A stretch of DNA of 64,000 nucleotides from an uncultured Gammaproteobacteria bacterium (GCA_963710815.1 CAVQCA010000140.1:4801-68800); one strand, 5' to 3'. Positions 1 to 10,652 are shown, counted from the stretch's first letter. A program made the numbers and translations. Notes: generated by a model not told the origin, from the letters alone.

Positions 1-2704
1 CGAGTTTCTGTGCCGCCTCGATTACCGTACGGTAATCCACACCCGGCGCCGGCCCCCCGCCAACCTGACCGACCAGTTCGGACAGGAGTGAAGACACCTG
101 GCCGAAAAACGCCGAGAGTTCCGCGCTTACCTCGACCCAGCCATCGATGACGCGATTCAGCAGCGCCTCGATTGCCCAGGCGAATTCACCAATGACCATC
201 GCGCCGACCATGCGTCCGCTGCCTTTCAGGGTATGGAATGACCGGCGCACGGCGTCCAATGCCTCCCTGTTGCCGGGGTTACCCAGCCACTCGGGTACAT
301 TGACCGAGATCTTCTCCAGCTCTACGGCGGCTTCCTCCATGAAAATGTCCACGATCTCCGGGTCTGCATCGTCGCGGAGCACCGGCAACCCGGATTCCGC
401 CGTCACGTTGACTTCGCCGCTCATGGCATCAAGAACGCTCTCTTGCTCCCCGTGTGCCGTCTGTGTCTCCTCGACAACTTCCCCGGCATCCATTGAGGTC
501 GGGGTCACGACAGCTTCGCGGGCAAGACTGGAGCTCGAGGACAGGATGGAGTCCAGAAGATCGACCACCTGCACGACCAGACCGTTGACATCCGCCCGGG
601 GCGCAGGCCCTCCCTTGATCTGTTCCAGCAATTGCGCGAGGGACTCGGTCACCTGCCCCATCAAGTCCCGCTGTTGCTTGCCGCCGTCGGTCGCGCCGTC
701 AATGAACTGCCTGACGAGGCGTTCGAAGACCCAGGCAAATTCGCCCAGAGCCAGGGCGCCGACCATGCGACCGCTGCCCTTGAGGGTGTGAAATGCCCGG
801 CGGATGGTTTCCAGTTTTTCCTCGTCTCCTTCCCCCGCCATCGCCTCGGGTATGAGTTCGGCCAGCAGCGCGATTTCACCCGCAGCCTCTTCCAGGAAGA
901 TATCGAATATCTCCCTGTCTATATCCCCGGCGATGACCTGCAGGTCGGTGATTACGGGCACCTGCACCACGGATGGCTCGACGACGGGAGGGGCCGTGGC
1001 GGTCCACGCCCGATCCACGGGTGCCTGCGTACCGGCAGTCAGGGATGAATAACCGAGTTTGTCCAGACTCTGCTCGGCAACATCGAGCACCGTGTCGCCA
1101 AAGAGAGGGCCGTCCCTTAGCTCCTCGACATAGTATTCGAGGCTGCAGAAGGCATCGGCAAGTGCATCCAGTTGCCGATCATCGGGTCCCGCCGCGCCTG
1201 CGATCAACTCTTGAGAGACACAGGCACAGAGCCGGGTAACAAGCGAAGCCGCGCGCGCTTCACCTGACAGCAGCAGACCGCCGCTCACCTGATCGAGCAG
1301 CGACGGGACATCGTCAAGCACATCGCGCACACCCGGCGTCCTGATATAGCTGTCGATGTGCTCCCTGGCACCGGTCATATTGGCGACAAGCTCACGAGTG
1401 ACGGCCGCGATCCCCTCTCGGCAGGTGCTGTCCTGTGCCGTTCCCGCCCGGGAATGGTACGCATTGCCGGCGGGCAGCTCCTGCAACGCCGCCTCGACCT
1501 CGAGCAAGGCATCCGCCAGATGCAGCAGTCCGGACTCCTGTATGGATTCTTCACCATCGAGCATCGCGCGGACCACGCGTTCATGCTCTGCCAGCAGACG
1601 GGCCGCATCTTCAAGACCGATCATGCCAACGGTATTTCCCAACACATGGATGTCGTCGGCGATGCCCGCCAGGTCCGCCACTTCCGTCAACCCTGTGCGC
1701 ATGAAACCGTCGAGCCGTTCCTTGATATTCTCGATACGCTCGCCCGCCATCGCCGCCACGCTGCCGAACAGTTCCTCGTTGCACCCGGTGAGGCTCTCGG
1801 CAGCCGCGCACCGGTCTGATTCCCGCGGTGCGTAGATCTCCCTGATGTCCCCGATGCGGCCCGCCGGGGTTTCAGCCTGCAGGATCCGGAACAACAACAG
1901 CCTGAGCAAGTCATCGGGGATCGATCCTGATAACGCGGTCTCTCCGATGTCGATCAGGCGCTTGATCTGGCGGTCGATACGCCCGAACAACTGCCTGGTA
2001 TCGGGGGACGCCGGCAACGCCCCGCGCATCAGCGCCTCGGCCAGTCCAGCGCCGAACCACCACAGACGCGCCACCGATTCGCACCTGGAGGCCTGCTGGA
2101 GATTGGCAAGCACTTCATAAAGCGTGTGCAGGCCGCCGTTGTTCCTGCCCGCACGGTACCATTCCACCAGACCCGCTTGATAGCGTTGTCTATAGGTACT
2201 CGCAAGCTCCTGAACATCGGGCAGGTCATCGTGCGGCTGCGAATTGAAACAGGCGGTCGGTACGGGTATCGCCAGATCGGGGTTGAATACTGCACTCTCG
2301 GTCAGCGGTTCTTCACCACAGACGGTACGCAGGCGGTTTATGACAGGCAACAGCACGGCCAGTGCTTCGCGGCGTGCCGGGCTGAGTCGTGACAGGTAGT
2401 CCGGCAGCTGAATAAACGCCTGCACCAGAACCTCGAGGGTCGTTTCCGTCGACTCTACCCGCTTCTCTTCCAGGGCGCGAAGGGCATTCTCCATCTCCGC
2501 CGCCAGCAGGGATGCCCCGTGCAACTCGATCATTTGCAACGGTCCCCGCGCCTGATGCAGACTCTCGATGCACTCCTGCAGATGCCGCGTGTCTTCCGGC
2601 CTTCCGGCAAACTCCTCAAGACTATGGCGGGCTTGATTTAATGTCCCGGTGAGTTCGTGCCTGACCCGGTTCAGGGCGGTGTAATCTATCGCTTCGCTCA
2701 TCAT
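1..2704 (-). CDS. chpA: ChpA/PilL-like multi-Hpt chemosensory histidine kinase, N-terminal ~900 codons; gene continues past the window edge
   Basis: Minus-strand frame is open from an ATG-ATG start (complement 2699-2704, AGGA RBS upstream) to position 1. It is absent from the ORF track only because it has no in-window stop. Two Hpt motifs in the same frame were read directly: ...RRAFHTLKGSGRMVGALALGEFAW (His codon complement 788-790) and ...FHTLKGSGRMVGAMVIGEF (His codon complement 233-235). It lies immediately downstream of pilJ as in the Pseudomonas Pil-Chp operon. Confidence 0.7.
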   Translation of the reverse strand, partial: MMSEAIDYTALNRVRHELTGTLNQARHSLEEFAGRPEDTRHLQECIESLHQARGPLQMIELHGASLLAAEMENALRALEEKRVESTETTLEVLVQAFIQLPDYLSRLSPARREALAVLLPVINRLRTVCGEEPLTESAVFNPDLAIPVPTACFNSQPHDDLPDVQELASTYRQRYQAGLVEWYRAGRNNGGLHTLYEVLANLQQASRCESVARLWWFGAGLAEALMRGALPASPDTRQLFGRIDRQIKRLIDIGETALSGSIPDDLLRLLLFRILQAETPAGRIGDIREIYAPRESDRCAAAESLTGCNEELFGSVAAMAGERIENIKERLDGFMRTGLTEVADLAGIADDIHVLGNTVGMIGLEDAARLLAEHERVVRAMLDGEESIQESGLLHLADALLEVEAALQELPAGNAYHSRAGTAQDSTCREGIAAVTRELVANMTGAREHIDSYIRTPGVRDVLDDVPSLLDQVSGGLLLSGEARAASLVTRLCACVSQELIAGAAGPDDRQLDALADAFCSLEYYVEELRDGPLFGDTVLDVAEQSLDKLGYSSLTAGTQAPVDRAWTATAPPVVEPSVVQVPVITDLQVIAGDIDREIFDIFLEEAAGEIALLAELIPEAMAGEGDEEKLETIRRAFHTLKGSGRMVGALALGEFAWVFERLVRQFIDGATDGGKQQRDLMGQVTESLAQLLEQIKGGPAPRADVNGLVVQVVDLLDSILSSSSSLAREAVVTPTSMDAGEVVEETQTAHGEQESVLDAMSGEVNVTAESGLPVLRDDADPEIVDIFMEEAAVELEKISVNVPEWLGNPGNREALDAVRRSFHTLKGSGRMVGAMVIGEFAWAIEALLNRVIDGWVEVSAELSAFFGQVSSLLSELVGQVGGGPAPGVDYRTVIEAAQKL

Positions 2705-2830
2705 TTTTCCTGTCAGCACGCCGCGAGATCCCTGATCTGCAGATCACTGGCAAACCTGTTGCGTATTAACACGTAACCTCAAGGCAGGGAGGCCGCATTT
2801 CCCCTGATCAACCGCCAGGGCATCATGACG

Positions 2831-4843
2831 TCAACCGGGCAGCTTGAATCCCGCAACGGATTTGTCGAGATCCTGCGCCAGCCGGGCCAGATTACCGATG
2901 GATTGCGACGTCCGCTCCGTGCCGGCGGCGGTCTGCGTCGTCACGTCCTGGATCCCGTTCATGGTCTTGGAAATCTCCGCCGCTGCCGCCGCCTGCTGCC
3001 GGGCGGCCCCCGAGATGGTCTGAATCAATCCGGCAAGCTGCTCGGAAACGCTTTCGATCTCCTCCAGCGCACCGCCGGCATCCTCCGCCAGGCGGGTGCC
3101 GTTCACTACGCCCGAGGTGCTCTTCTCCATGGAAATGACCGCCTCATTGGTATCCGCCTGAATCGCCTTGACCAGCGCCTCGATCTGCTTGGTCGCGTTC
3201 GCGGAACGCTCCGCCAGACGCTGCACCTCATCGGCAACCACCGCGAATCCACGACCCGCCTCTCCCGCCATGGCCGCCTGGATCGAGGCATTCAGTGCCA
3301 GTATGTTGGTCTGTTCGGCGATATCGTTGATGAGTTCGACGATGTCGCCGATTTCCTGGGAACTCTCACCAAGCCGTTTGATGCGCTTGGAGGTTTCCTG
3401 GATATGCTCGCGGATCGTCCCCATGCCTTCCATGGTACGTTTCACGGCGTTGCCGCCGTTCTTGGCGATCTCGACCGACCGCATCGCCACCTTGGAAGAC
3501 TCGCTGGCATTGTCCGAGACATCATCCAGGGAGTTGGTCATGGCATTGATAGCGGAGCTGGTGTTGACGATGTCATTCGACTGCTTCTCGCTCGCCCGGG
3601 AGAGTTGCTGCGCGATCTCCTCCGTCTCGTGTACCGCGCCCGAGAGCTGCCGCGAGGTCACGTTAATGGTCTTGACCAGATCCCGCAGGGAGTCGACGGT
3701 AACATTGATCGAGTCGGCAATTGAACCGGTAAAGTCCTCGCTCACCGTGGCCCGCACCGTCAGGTCACCCTCGGCCAGATCCCCCATTTCGTCCAGCAAG
3801 CGCATGATGGCTTCCTGGTTCCGCGCATTTTCATCCTCTATGACCTTGCTGCGGCGTTTCTGGTTGCGCAGGGTCTCAAAGCCCATCCAGAACAGGATGA
3901 ACAGCGCCACCGCACCCAGCAGATAAGCCAGTTCCATGGACACGAGCCGGTTATTCGTCATTCCGACATAGGCATCCTTCAATTCATCCGTCGCATCGAA
4001 CAGCCTTTCACTCTGGAGGGAAACGGATTTTGCCGCCGCCTGCGCGCTGACCAGCTCCCTGGTCTTGGCGGTGACGGCTCCGACATTTTTACCTGCACGA
4101 GCGAACAAGGTGGCAATCTGTCGCAACTTCGCCTGCGCCGCCTTGTTAGACACCGCCTGGACGCCACTTCGGCCATTTATCATTCCGTCGAGAACGCGGC
4201 CAAACTCGGCAGTGTCTTTCGCGAAGGCAATCGCCGCTGGCTCGACGTCCTCACCGGTCATGATCCTGTTGATATTGTTCACGATGCGCTGACTGAGCAC
4301 CGATTGGCGGCTCGCCAGGCTGACCAGGGATGCACTGGCCCCGCCCTCCACAAGAATGTCGACCACATCCTCGGAGTTTTTCAGAATGGCAGGCATGACC
4401 TCATGCATCACTCCTGCCGCACCGGCCGCAGCAAGTATCAGTTCCTTGCCGTTGATTACCGCATCGACCCCGCGATTGAAGCTTGCCCAGCTCGTCTCGA
4501 ACGCCTGAAATGCACCGATCAGGGAGCTGCTTTTTATCCCGGAGCCGGGAGTGAACTCCGCGCGCTGTGCGGTCATTATGTTGACGAACCGCCCCCTTGC
4601 CTGGACAAGGTGTTCAAATGCCTGACGATCTCCGGCCGATGCGGCCTGCACATAATTCGCGATACGCTGAGACAGCACCCGTTGCTCGCCAATGGATTCC
4701 AGGTTGCGCTGATCGGTCTCGGCCTGATTGCCGACGTGCACCAGCACACCCACCATCGCACACACCGCACTCAGCATCAGGAAGGTTAGAAATCGCATCC
4801 AGTTGCCGGACCCCAACATCTTTACGTCAAACGTTCCTTTCAT
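2831..4843 (-). CDS. pilJ: Methyl-accepting chemotaxis protein of the type IV pilus chemosensory system (PilJ-like)
   Basis: 670-aa ORF with N-terminal TM, HAMP region and MCP signalling motif (ELINDIAEQTNILALNASIQAAMAGEAGRGFAVVADEVQRLAERS). Sits between pilI and chpA. Confidence 0.85.
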   Translation of the reverse strand: MKGTFDVKMLGSGNWMRFLTFLMLSAVCAMVGVLVHVGNQAETDQRNLESIGEQRVLSQRIANYVQAASAGDRQAFEHLVQARGRFVNIMTAQRAEFTPGSGIKSSSLIGAFQAFETSWASFNRGVDAVINGKELILAAAGAAGVMHEVMPAILKNSEDVVDILVEGGASASLVSLASRQSVLSQRIVNNINRIMTGEDVEPAAIAFAKDTAEFGRVLDGMINGRSGVQAVSNKAAQAKLRQIATLFARAGKNVGAVTAKTRELVSAQAAAKSVSLQSERLFDATDELKDAYVGMTNNRLVSMELAYLLGAVALFILFWMGFETLRNQKRRSKVIEDENARNQEAIMRLLDEMGDLAEGDLTVRATVSEDFTGSIADSINVTVDSLRDLVKTINVTSRQLSGAVHETEEIAQQLSRASEKQSNDIVNTSSAINAMTNSLDDVSDNASESSKVAMRSVEIAKNGGNAVKRTMEGMGTIREHIQETSKRIKRLGESSQEIGDIVELINDIAEQTNILALNASIQAAMAGEAGRGFAVVADEVQRLAERSANATKQIEALVKAIQADTNEAVISMEKSTSGVVNGTRLAEDAGGALEEIESVSEQLAGLIQTISGAARQQAAAAAEISKTMNGIQDVTTQTAAGTERTSQSIGNLARLAQDLDKSVAGFKLPG

Positions 4844-4921
4844 GGTCTGTCTCCTGACCGATCGATCTCTGATTCCGGAATGTATCCCCTGCCCACCCGA
4901 CCTTCCTCCCGTCTCGCCACC

Positions 4922-5488
4922 TCAGCCCGCGGTCTGCAGAAACTGTGGCGACTCAATCAGTTTCGAGAAACTGAAAATACCCCAATGCTCTCCATCAATG
5001 CTGAAACCCCGATGTACATAAGGCCGCAATGCCTCGTCTATCCCGCCGGGTTCAGCCACGATGGCCTCCTCGGGAAAATGCTTCAGGCCCATGACCTCAT
5101 CCACGATCAGGCCTGAATAAATCCCCCCGCACTCGGCGACCATCACCCGGGTACGCCTGTCTATCGGGGTCAGGCGGCCATGCATGAATCCGTTCATATC
5201 GATCACGGGAAGCAGTCTCCCACGTATATTCGCAATGCCCCGCACCCAGGAGCGGGTGTAGGGAATCACCGTCAGCTCCGGGTAGGTCAGTATCTCGACT
5301 ACTTCGCCCATGGCGGCGGCCATGCGGCTGTATGCAAGCCGGAAAACCACGCCGGACCACTGGCGCCTGGATTCGGTGTTTTGCGGCAGGCCGGTGGCGG
5401 AGTGCCGGCAACGATCCTCGATCTGCTTCAGGATGGATACGGGGTCGATTGACATAATGGCTGTCGATGTCCGCGCCATCAGCATCAA
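4922..5488 (-). CDS. pilI: CheW-like coupling protein (PilI-like)
   Basis: 188-aa ORF, CheW-like; stop/start overlap with pilH (5485-5488). Confidence 0.7.
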   Translation of the reverse strand: MMLMARTSTAIMSIDPVSILKQIEDRCRHSATGLPQNTESRRQWSGVVFRLAYSRMAAAMGEVVEILTYPELTVIPYTRSWVRGIANIRGRLLPVIDMNGFMHGRLTPIDRRTRVMVAECGGIYSGLIVDEVMGLKHFPEEAIVAEPGGIDEALRPYVHRGFSIDGEHWGIFSFSKLIESPQFLQTAG

Positions 5489-5850
5489 CCGGCAAGCGCT
5501 TCACTTATCAGCGACAGCAGGGCGTACTCACTGACAGGCTTGGTAAGGTAGTCACGCGCGCCCTGTCGCATCCCCCAGACGCGATCCACCTTCTGACCCT
5601 TCCTGGTCACCATGATTACCGGAATCGATGCGGTCTCCGGATTCGAGGAAAGTTCCCGGGTCGCCTGGAAACCGTCCAGTACCGGCATCACAATATCCAT
5701 CAGGATCACGTCAGGCTTCATGAGCCTTGCCACCTCGATTCCTTCACTGCCATTGCCGACGGTCATGGTCCGGTGGCCGTTCTTTTCCAGCATCTTCTGC
5801 AGTAGATGTGCATCCGTAGGTGAATCATCAACGATCATAATCTGCGCCAT
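5485..5850 (-). CDS. pilH: CheY-like response regulator receiver (PilH)
   Basis: 121 aa, receiver domain (MIVDDSPTD...PDVILMDIVMP...KP). Confidence 0.8.
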   Translation of the reverse strand: MAQIMIVDDSPTDAHLLQKMLEKNGHRTMTVGNGSEGIEVARLMKPDVILMDIVMPVLDGFQATRELSSNPETASIPVIMVTRKGQKVDRVWGMRQGARDYLTKPVSEYALLSLISEALAG

Positions 5851-5904
5851 TACTACACCCTCTTTATCTAGTCAGGCTTCCTGCCACGCGAGGCGTGGCT
5901 ACAG

Positions 5905-6324
5905 TTATGCCGTACTGCCGTCATAGCGTGCCATGACCACCAGTAAATCTTCCTTGGTAAACGGTTTGGTGACGTAATCATCCGAACCCACCACCCGGCC
6001 CCGTGCCCGGTCAAACAGACCGTCCTTGCTGGAGAGCATTACCACCGGCGTGTTTCTGAACACACGATGCCGCTTGATCAGCGCACAAGTCTGGTACCCG
6101 TCCAGTCGCGGCATCATGATGTCCAGGAAGATCAGGTCAGGCTCATAATCGGCAATCTTGCCGAGTGCCTCGAAACCGTCCATGGCGGTGATCACCTCGT
6201 AACCTTCCTTCCTGAGCAGCGTCTCCGCGGTTCGACGAATGGTCTTGCTGTCATCGATCACCATGACCCTGTACACCCGCTTGTCAGTGGCGTCATCGAC
6301 GCGGTCCAGGAGAGGTTCGATCAT
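5905..6324 (-). CDS. pilG: CheY-like response regulator receiver (PilG)
   Basis: 139 aa receiver domain; divergent from gshB as in Pseudomonas. Confidence 0.8.
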   Translation of the reverse strand: MIEPLLDRVDDATDKRVYRVMVIDDSKTIRRTAETLLRKEGYEVITAMDGFEALGKIADYEPDLIFLDIMMPRLDGYQTCALIKRHRVFRNTPVVMLSSKDGLFDRARGRVVGSDDYVTKPFTKEDLLVVMARYDGSTA

Positions 6325-6548
6325 GGTTGTTTCCTGCTGCCTTGCATGTTTCTATCCGTATGATTCCAAAGCACTTTGATTTGTTTTGCCGTGCCGGCCA
6401 TATCCCGCTGCAACTTCCGGCCCGCCCCGGGTTAGGTACGGTGGATAAATTAATTTAGTATTGCCCTTCAACTACAGCGAGTTATCGTCCAGGGAATGGC
6501 AAACTTTATTTGTCACTGCGGGTAATTCCAGACTCAAAGCGAATTCAC

Positions 6549-7499
6549 ATGACCATCAAATTAGGCGTTGTAATGGATCCCATCGGATCCATCCATGTCA
6601 GAAAAGACAGCACACTGGCCATGCTTCTGTCGGCCCAGGCACGGGGATGGGAACTTTATTACATGGAACAGGCCGACCTTTTCCTGAGGGATGGCCATTG
6701 TCATGCGGAAATGAGCCGCCTGACCGTGAGCGATGACACGCACCACTGGTTCGAGCTGCTTGAATGCCAGAGCATGCCGCTCACATTTCTGGATGTCGTG
6801 CTGATGCGCAAGGACCCGCCGGTTGACATGGAATACCTGTACTCCACCTTCCTGCTGGAACGTGCCGAGGCCGAGGGCGTAGTGGTCGTAAACCGTCCGG
6901 GCGCGCTGCGCAACGTCGGCGAAAAACTCTACACCTCCTGGTTTGCGGAATGCTGCCCCCCTACAATGGTCAGCCGTCAGATGCATCGCCTGAAGGCCTT
7001 TCTCGGGGAGTTCCGTGATATCGTCGTGAAACCGTTGAACGGCATGGGCGGGGCATCCGTATTCCGGATCCGCCATGACGACCCGAATCTCAATGTGATC
7101 CTGGAAACCATCACCGACAATGGTCACCGTTCCGCCATGGCACAGCGGTATATACCCGAGATCATCGAGGGCGACAAGCGCATCCTGATGATCGATGGCG
7201 AACCCTTTCCCTACGCACTGGCACGCATTCCTGCGCCCGGCGAGTCACGCGGCAATCTGGCTGCCGGCGGGACCGGCAAGGGTGTTGAACTCACCGAACG
7301 GGACCGGTGGATCTGCGCGCGGGTAGGCCCTGCCATGCGCGAGATGGGGTTGCTCTTTGTTGGACTGGACGTGATTGGAGACTTCCTGACAGAAATCAAT
7401 GTCACCAGCCCGACCTGTATCCGCGAACTCGATACGTTCTACAAGGCGGATATCGCCGGGCAGTTGATGGACGCCATTGGCAGACGCCTGATGGTTTGA
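6549..7499 (+). CDS. gshB: Glutathione synthetase
   Basis: ATP-grasp GshB; start chosen at in-frame ATG 6549 (MTIKLGVVMDPIGSI...) rather than the track start 6510. Confidence 0.9.
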   Translation: MTIKLGVVMDPIGSIHVRKDSTLAMLLSAQARGWELYYMEQADLFLRDGHCHAEMSRLTVSDDTHHWFELLECQSMPLTFLDVVLMRKDPPVDMEYLYSTFLLERAEAEGVVVVNRPGALRNVGEKLYTSWFAECCPPTMVSRQMHRLKAFLGEFRDIVVKPLNGMGGASVFRIRHDDPNLNVILETITDNGHRSAMAQRYIPEIIEGDKRILMIDGEPFPYALARIPAPGESRGNLAAGGTGKGVELTERDRWICARVGPAMREMGLLFVGLDVIGDFLTEINVTSPTCIRELDTFYKADIAGQLMDAIGRRLMV

Positions 7500-7613
7500 G
7501 TACCGTACGGACACACCACGCCCCTTTCCCGGCGCGAAGGAAATGGTATTCCGATCCGTCGTATAATTGTTACAATTCTCTTGATGCAAGGTCACTCAGG
7601 GTGCTAGCCGACA

Positions 7614-8120
7614 ATGTCAACGTTCTGGAACGTACAAACGCCGTTTATCATCGGATTCATTCTTTTGGTTGTGTGCGCATGGATCTACTTCCTGTGGCAA
7701 AACGCACGCAGAATGCATCAGCAGCTGCGCCAGGTCGCCCAGCAGCAAACCCTGCTCAGACATGACCAGAGCGCCCAGGACCTCTGCCGGGCCGTACACC
7801 TGCTGCAGCCGAATGCACACGCCGGTGTCGATTACCTGATCCGGCACGATAACCCGGGAGCCGCGCCCTATATAGCCGAATGGTGCGCGCATGATCCACA
7901 GCCGACAGCCGAACAGCTTCGCCAGGCGGTCGAAAAAGTCAATCAACAGAATTTTGCCGGGAATTACGCCTCCCTGCGCCGGGCGGAATACCCCGCCATA
8001 GGCGATCAGCTGGACGCCGCCTACAAGGTGCGTCTTGGAAATGACGCCGAACAGATTAGAATCGACGAGCTCATCCACAACGTCAAGGAGAAGTACCCCA
8101 AACCGATGGAAGATCTCTGA
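7614..8120 (+). CDS. Hypothetical membrane-anchored protein (N-terminal TM helix)
   Basis: 168-aa ORF in the gap between gshB and the TonB-like gene; hydrophobic N-terminus FIIGFILLVVCAWIYFLW. Confidence 0.45.
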   Translation: MSTFWNVQTPFIIGFILLVVCAWIYFLWQNARRMHQQLRQVAQQQTLLRHDQSAQDLCRAVHLLQPNAHAGVDYLIRHDNPGAAPYIAEWCAHDPQPTAEQLRQAVEKVNQQNFAGNYASLRRAEYPAIGDQLDAAYKVRLGNDAEQIRIDELIHNVKEKYPKPMEDL

Positions 8121-8226
8121 ACACACCCGCCAACCCTCATGCCAGGAAATCTCTTCGGTCATTGAACACAGGCGGGCCATCCCCTTATTTGATGGGCAGC
8201 CGGGGTCTCGGCAGCGGGTATCGTCC

Positions 8227-9084
8227 ATGCAAGAACTAACCGAGCCTCCTCTTGGAACCAGCCCGGTCACCGCGACTGACAGAATGGCGCTGGCGGTGTT
8301 CTTTGCTGTCGCCCTGCATGCCATGATCATCCTGGGAATCACCTTCGGCAGCGACATCCTGTCCCCTCCGGAAGATCACTTGCCATCCCTGGACATCTCC
8401 CTGTCCAGCCGCGAAACGCCACCACCGGAAAAGGCAGAGTACCTGGCGCAGACAAATCAGGACGGCGGCGGCAATGTCACCGAGAAGGTGCGTCCGCAGC
8501 AATCCCTTCCGGAACAGACGCCATCGGTCACCGTGCGGAAGCCAGCCAGCGCTCCTGCACAGGTGCTGACGGCGAAGCTGGCCAGCGCGAAGATCGAGCA
8601 GAAAACCGCCAGCACGCATGAAAAAGCACCCAAGGATGCTTCCGCCAGCGAAATGATCCAGCGCAGCATGGAAATGTTCGCTCTCAGCAACCAGGTTAGC
8701 GAGTCCATTCAGGCTTATGCGAACCAGCCCAAGCAAGTCTTCGTTTCGGCACGCACCCAGGAGTTCAAATACGCCAATTACATGATCGAATGGGTGAAGA
8801 AGGTTGAACGGGTCGGAAACCTGAACTACCCGGATGCCGCCCGCCGTGAAGGCATCTCCGGCAGGCTGTTGCTGGATGTGGCGCTCAATCCTGACGGTAC
8901 CGTACGCAAGATTGTCGTGTTGCGACCCTCCGGTCATACCCTCCTTGATGAAGCCGCCGTGCGAATCGTCAACCTGGCCAGCCCCTTCCTGCCTTTCCCG
9001 CCCGAGATCCGCAAGGAGGCCGACGTCCTGCACATCACCCGCACATGGGAATTCTCCACCACGCACCACCTGCAGAGCCGTTAG
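8227..9084 (+). CDS. TonB-family C-terminal domain protein
   Basis: C-terminal TonB domain (YPDAARREGISGRLLLDVALNPDGTV...). Start set at in-frame ATG 8227 (MQELTEPP...); the track start 8035 would overlap the upstream ORF. Confidence 0.7.
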   Translation: MQELTEPPLGTSPVTATDRMALAVFFAVALHAMIILGITFGSDILSPPEDHLPSLDISLSSRETPPPEKAEYLAQTNQDGGGNVTEKVRPQQSLPEQTPSVTVRKPASAPAQVLTAKLASAKIEQKTASTHEKAPKDASASEMIQRSMEMFALSNQVSESIQAYANQPKQVFVSARTQEFKYANYMIEWVKKVERVGNLNYPDAARREGISGRLLLDVALNPDGTVRKIVVLRPSGHTLLDEAAVRIVNLASPFLPFPPEIRKEADVLHITRTWEFSTTHHLQSR

Positions 9085-9102
9085 CCCCCCGGGTGGCAAG
9101 AC

Positions 9103-9702
9103 TTGATGGAGACCACCTCTCTACCGGATACTATGGGCATGGGCGCCTTTGCATCTCTCAATAACCATTTCCTCATCGCGATGCCGGGATTGACCGACCC
9201 CAGCTTTCATCACACCGCCACGCTGATCTGTGAACATAATGAAGACGGGGCGATCGGCATTGTCATTAACCGTCCCATGGGGGTCAGTCTCGGTGACATC
9301 CTTGAGCACATGAACATCAATGCAAGCTCCGGGACCATCGCCACCCGGCCCGTTTACATGGGCGGACCGGTCCAGGGAGACCGTGGTTTCGTACTTCACG
9401 AACCCCTGGGGAACTGGGATGCGACCCTCAAGGTGACGGAGGAAACGGGCGTGACATCATCCCGGGACATACTTGAAGCCATCGCCCACGGTTCAGGACC
9501 TGAAAAATCATTCATCACGCTGGGCTACGCCGGCTGGGGCCCGGGTCAACTGGAGCAGGAAATTGCCGCCAATGCCTGGTTGAGCGGACCGGCCAGCAGC
9601 CGGATTGTATTCGACATCCCCTACGAGCAACGCTGGGAAGCCGCCGCGGCACTGATCGGCGTCGACCTCAAACTGCTATCCAGCGATGCCGGCCATGCCT
9701 GA
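9103..9702 (+). CDS. yqgE: YqgE/AlgH family protein (UPF0301)
   Basis: 199 aa, YqgE/AlgH-like; gene order yqgE-ruvX as in E. coli and Pseudomonas. Confidence 0.8.
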   Translation: MMETTSLPDTMGMGAFASLNNHFLIAMPGLTDPSFHHTATLICEHNEDGAIGIVINRPMGVSLGDILEHMNINASSGTIATRPVYMGGPVQGDRGFVLHEPLGNWDATLKVTEETGVTSSRDILEAIAHGSGPEKSFITLGYAGWGPGQLEQEIAANAWLSGPASSRIVFDIPYEQRWEAAAALIGVDLKLLSSDAGHA

Positions 9703-9744
9703 GATCGGCCGACACTGTCATGCCTCCCTGGACAACCCGCCGTC

Positions 9745-10149
9745 TTGGTAACCCTGCTCGGTTTTGATTATGGACTGCAGCGCATCGGCGTCGCCGTTGG
9801 GCAGTTCATAACCGGCACTGCCACCGCACTCGCAACGGTCCGTTCACGCAACGGCATCCCCGACTGGAGCATGATCGAGGAACTCATCGAGACCTGGCAA
9901 CCGGATGCGCTGGTTGTCGGCCTGCCGCTGCATGCGGACGGCAGTGAGTCGGAGTTCACCCGTTCCGTCAAACGCTTCGTACACCAGCTCGAGGACCGGT
10001 TTAAACTACCCGTTTATCCCATGGACGAGAGATTGAGTTCACACGCCGCCGCGCAATCCAGGGCCGATGGAAATCCCGTACCGGGATCCAGGGAAATCGA
10101 TGCGCTTGCGGCGAGGGAAATCCTGCGGAGCTGGCTGGAATCGAAATGA
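9745..10149 (+). CDS. ruvX: Holliday-junction resolvase-like nuclease RuvX/YqgF
   Basis: 134 aa, LGFDYGLQRIGVAVG motif. Confidence 0.85.
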   Translation: MVTLLGFDYGLQRIGVAVGQFITGTATALATVRSRNGIPDWSMIEELIETWQPDALVVGLPLHADGSESEFTRSVKRFVHQLEDRFKLPVYPMDERLSSHAAAQSRADGNPVPGSREIDALAAREILRSWLESK

Positions 10150-10652
10150 GCGATCTGGAAAACATACCCGCCATCATCGAAGGCATGGCCCGCGACCTCA
10201 TCGACCTGCTCGGGCATACCGGACGCGACCATCCCGCCATGATCGGCATCCACACTGGCGGCGTCTGGGTGGCCGAGAAACTGCATGAACGACTCAATAT
10301 CGACGCCCCGCTAGGGAGCCTGGACATCTCCTTCTACCGCGATGATTTCACCCGTCTCGGGATGAATCCGGTGGTGCGCCCCTCCCAGCTGCCATTCAGC
10401 ATCGACGACCGCCATATCATTCTGGTCGATGACGTACTCCATACCGGGCGCACCATACGCGCCGCCATGAATGAACTCTTCGATTACGGCCGCCCCGCCT
10501 CCATACTGCTCGCCACACTGGTCGAGCGTGATGGACGTGAATTGCCGATACAGGCCAATGTGGTCGGCCGGCATGTCAGGCTGACATCCAGGGAACACAT
10601 CAAACTGCTTGGACCCGACACGTTGAAGCTGGAAATAAAGCAGATTCCATGA
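10146..10652 (+). CDS. pyrR: Bifunctional pyrimidine regulatory protein / uracil phosphoribosyltransferase PyrR
   Basis: 168 aa PRTase-type PyrR; 4-nt overlap with ruvX and pyrB. Confidence 0.85.
   Translation: MSDLENIPAIIEGMARDLIDLLGHTGRDHPAMIGIHTGGVWVAEKLHERLNIDAPLGSLDISFYRDDFTRLGMNPVVRPSQLPFSIDDRHIILVDDVLHTGRTIRAAMNELFDYGRPASILLATLVERDGRELPIQANVVGRHVRLTSREHIKLLGPDTLKLEIKQIP

Noticed and set aside
147-2573. Many 60-220-aa ATG ORFs on both strands overlapping the chpA region (e.g. 147..791+, 1356..1835+, 661..879-)
   Set aside because: Low-complexity Ala/Arg/Pro-rich translations typical of off-frame high-GC DNA. The minus-strand ChpA frame is continuous, carries Hpt motifs and explains the region.
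2825-3926. Plus-strand ORFs 2825..3724 and 3168..3926 antisense to pilJ
   Set aside because: Antisense to a strongly supported MCP gene; the translations are repetitive junk.
8035-8226. N-terminal extension of the TonB-like ORF from the track start 8035
   Set aside because: It would overlap the 7614..8120 ORF by 86 nt and code a Ser/Thr/Arg-rich segment. The in-frame ATG at 8227 gives a compact gene.
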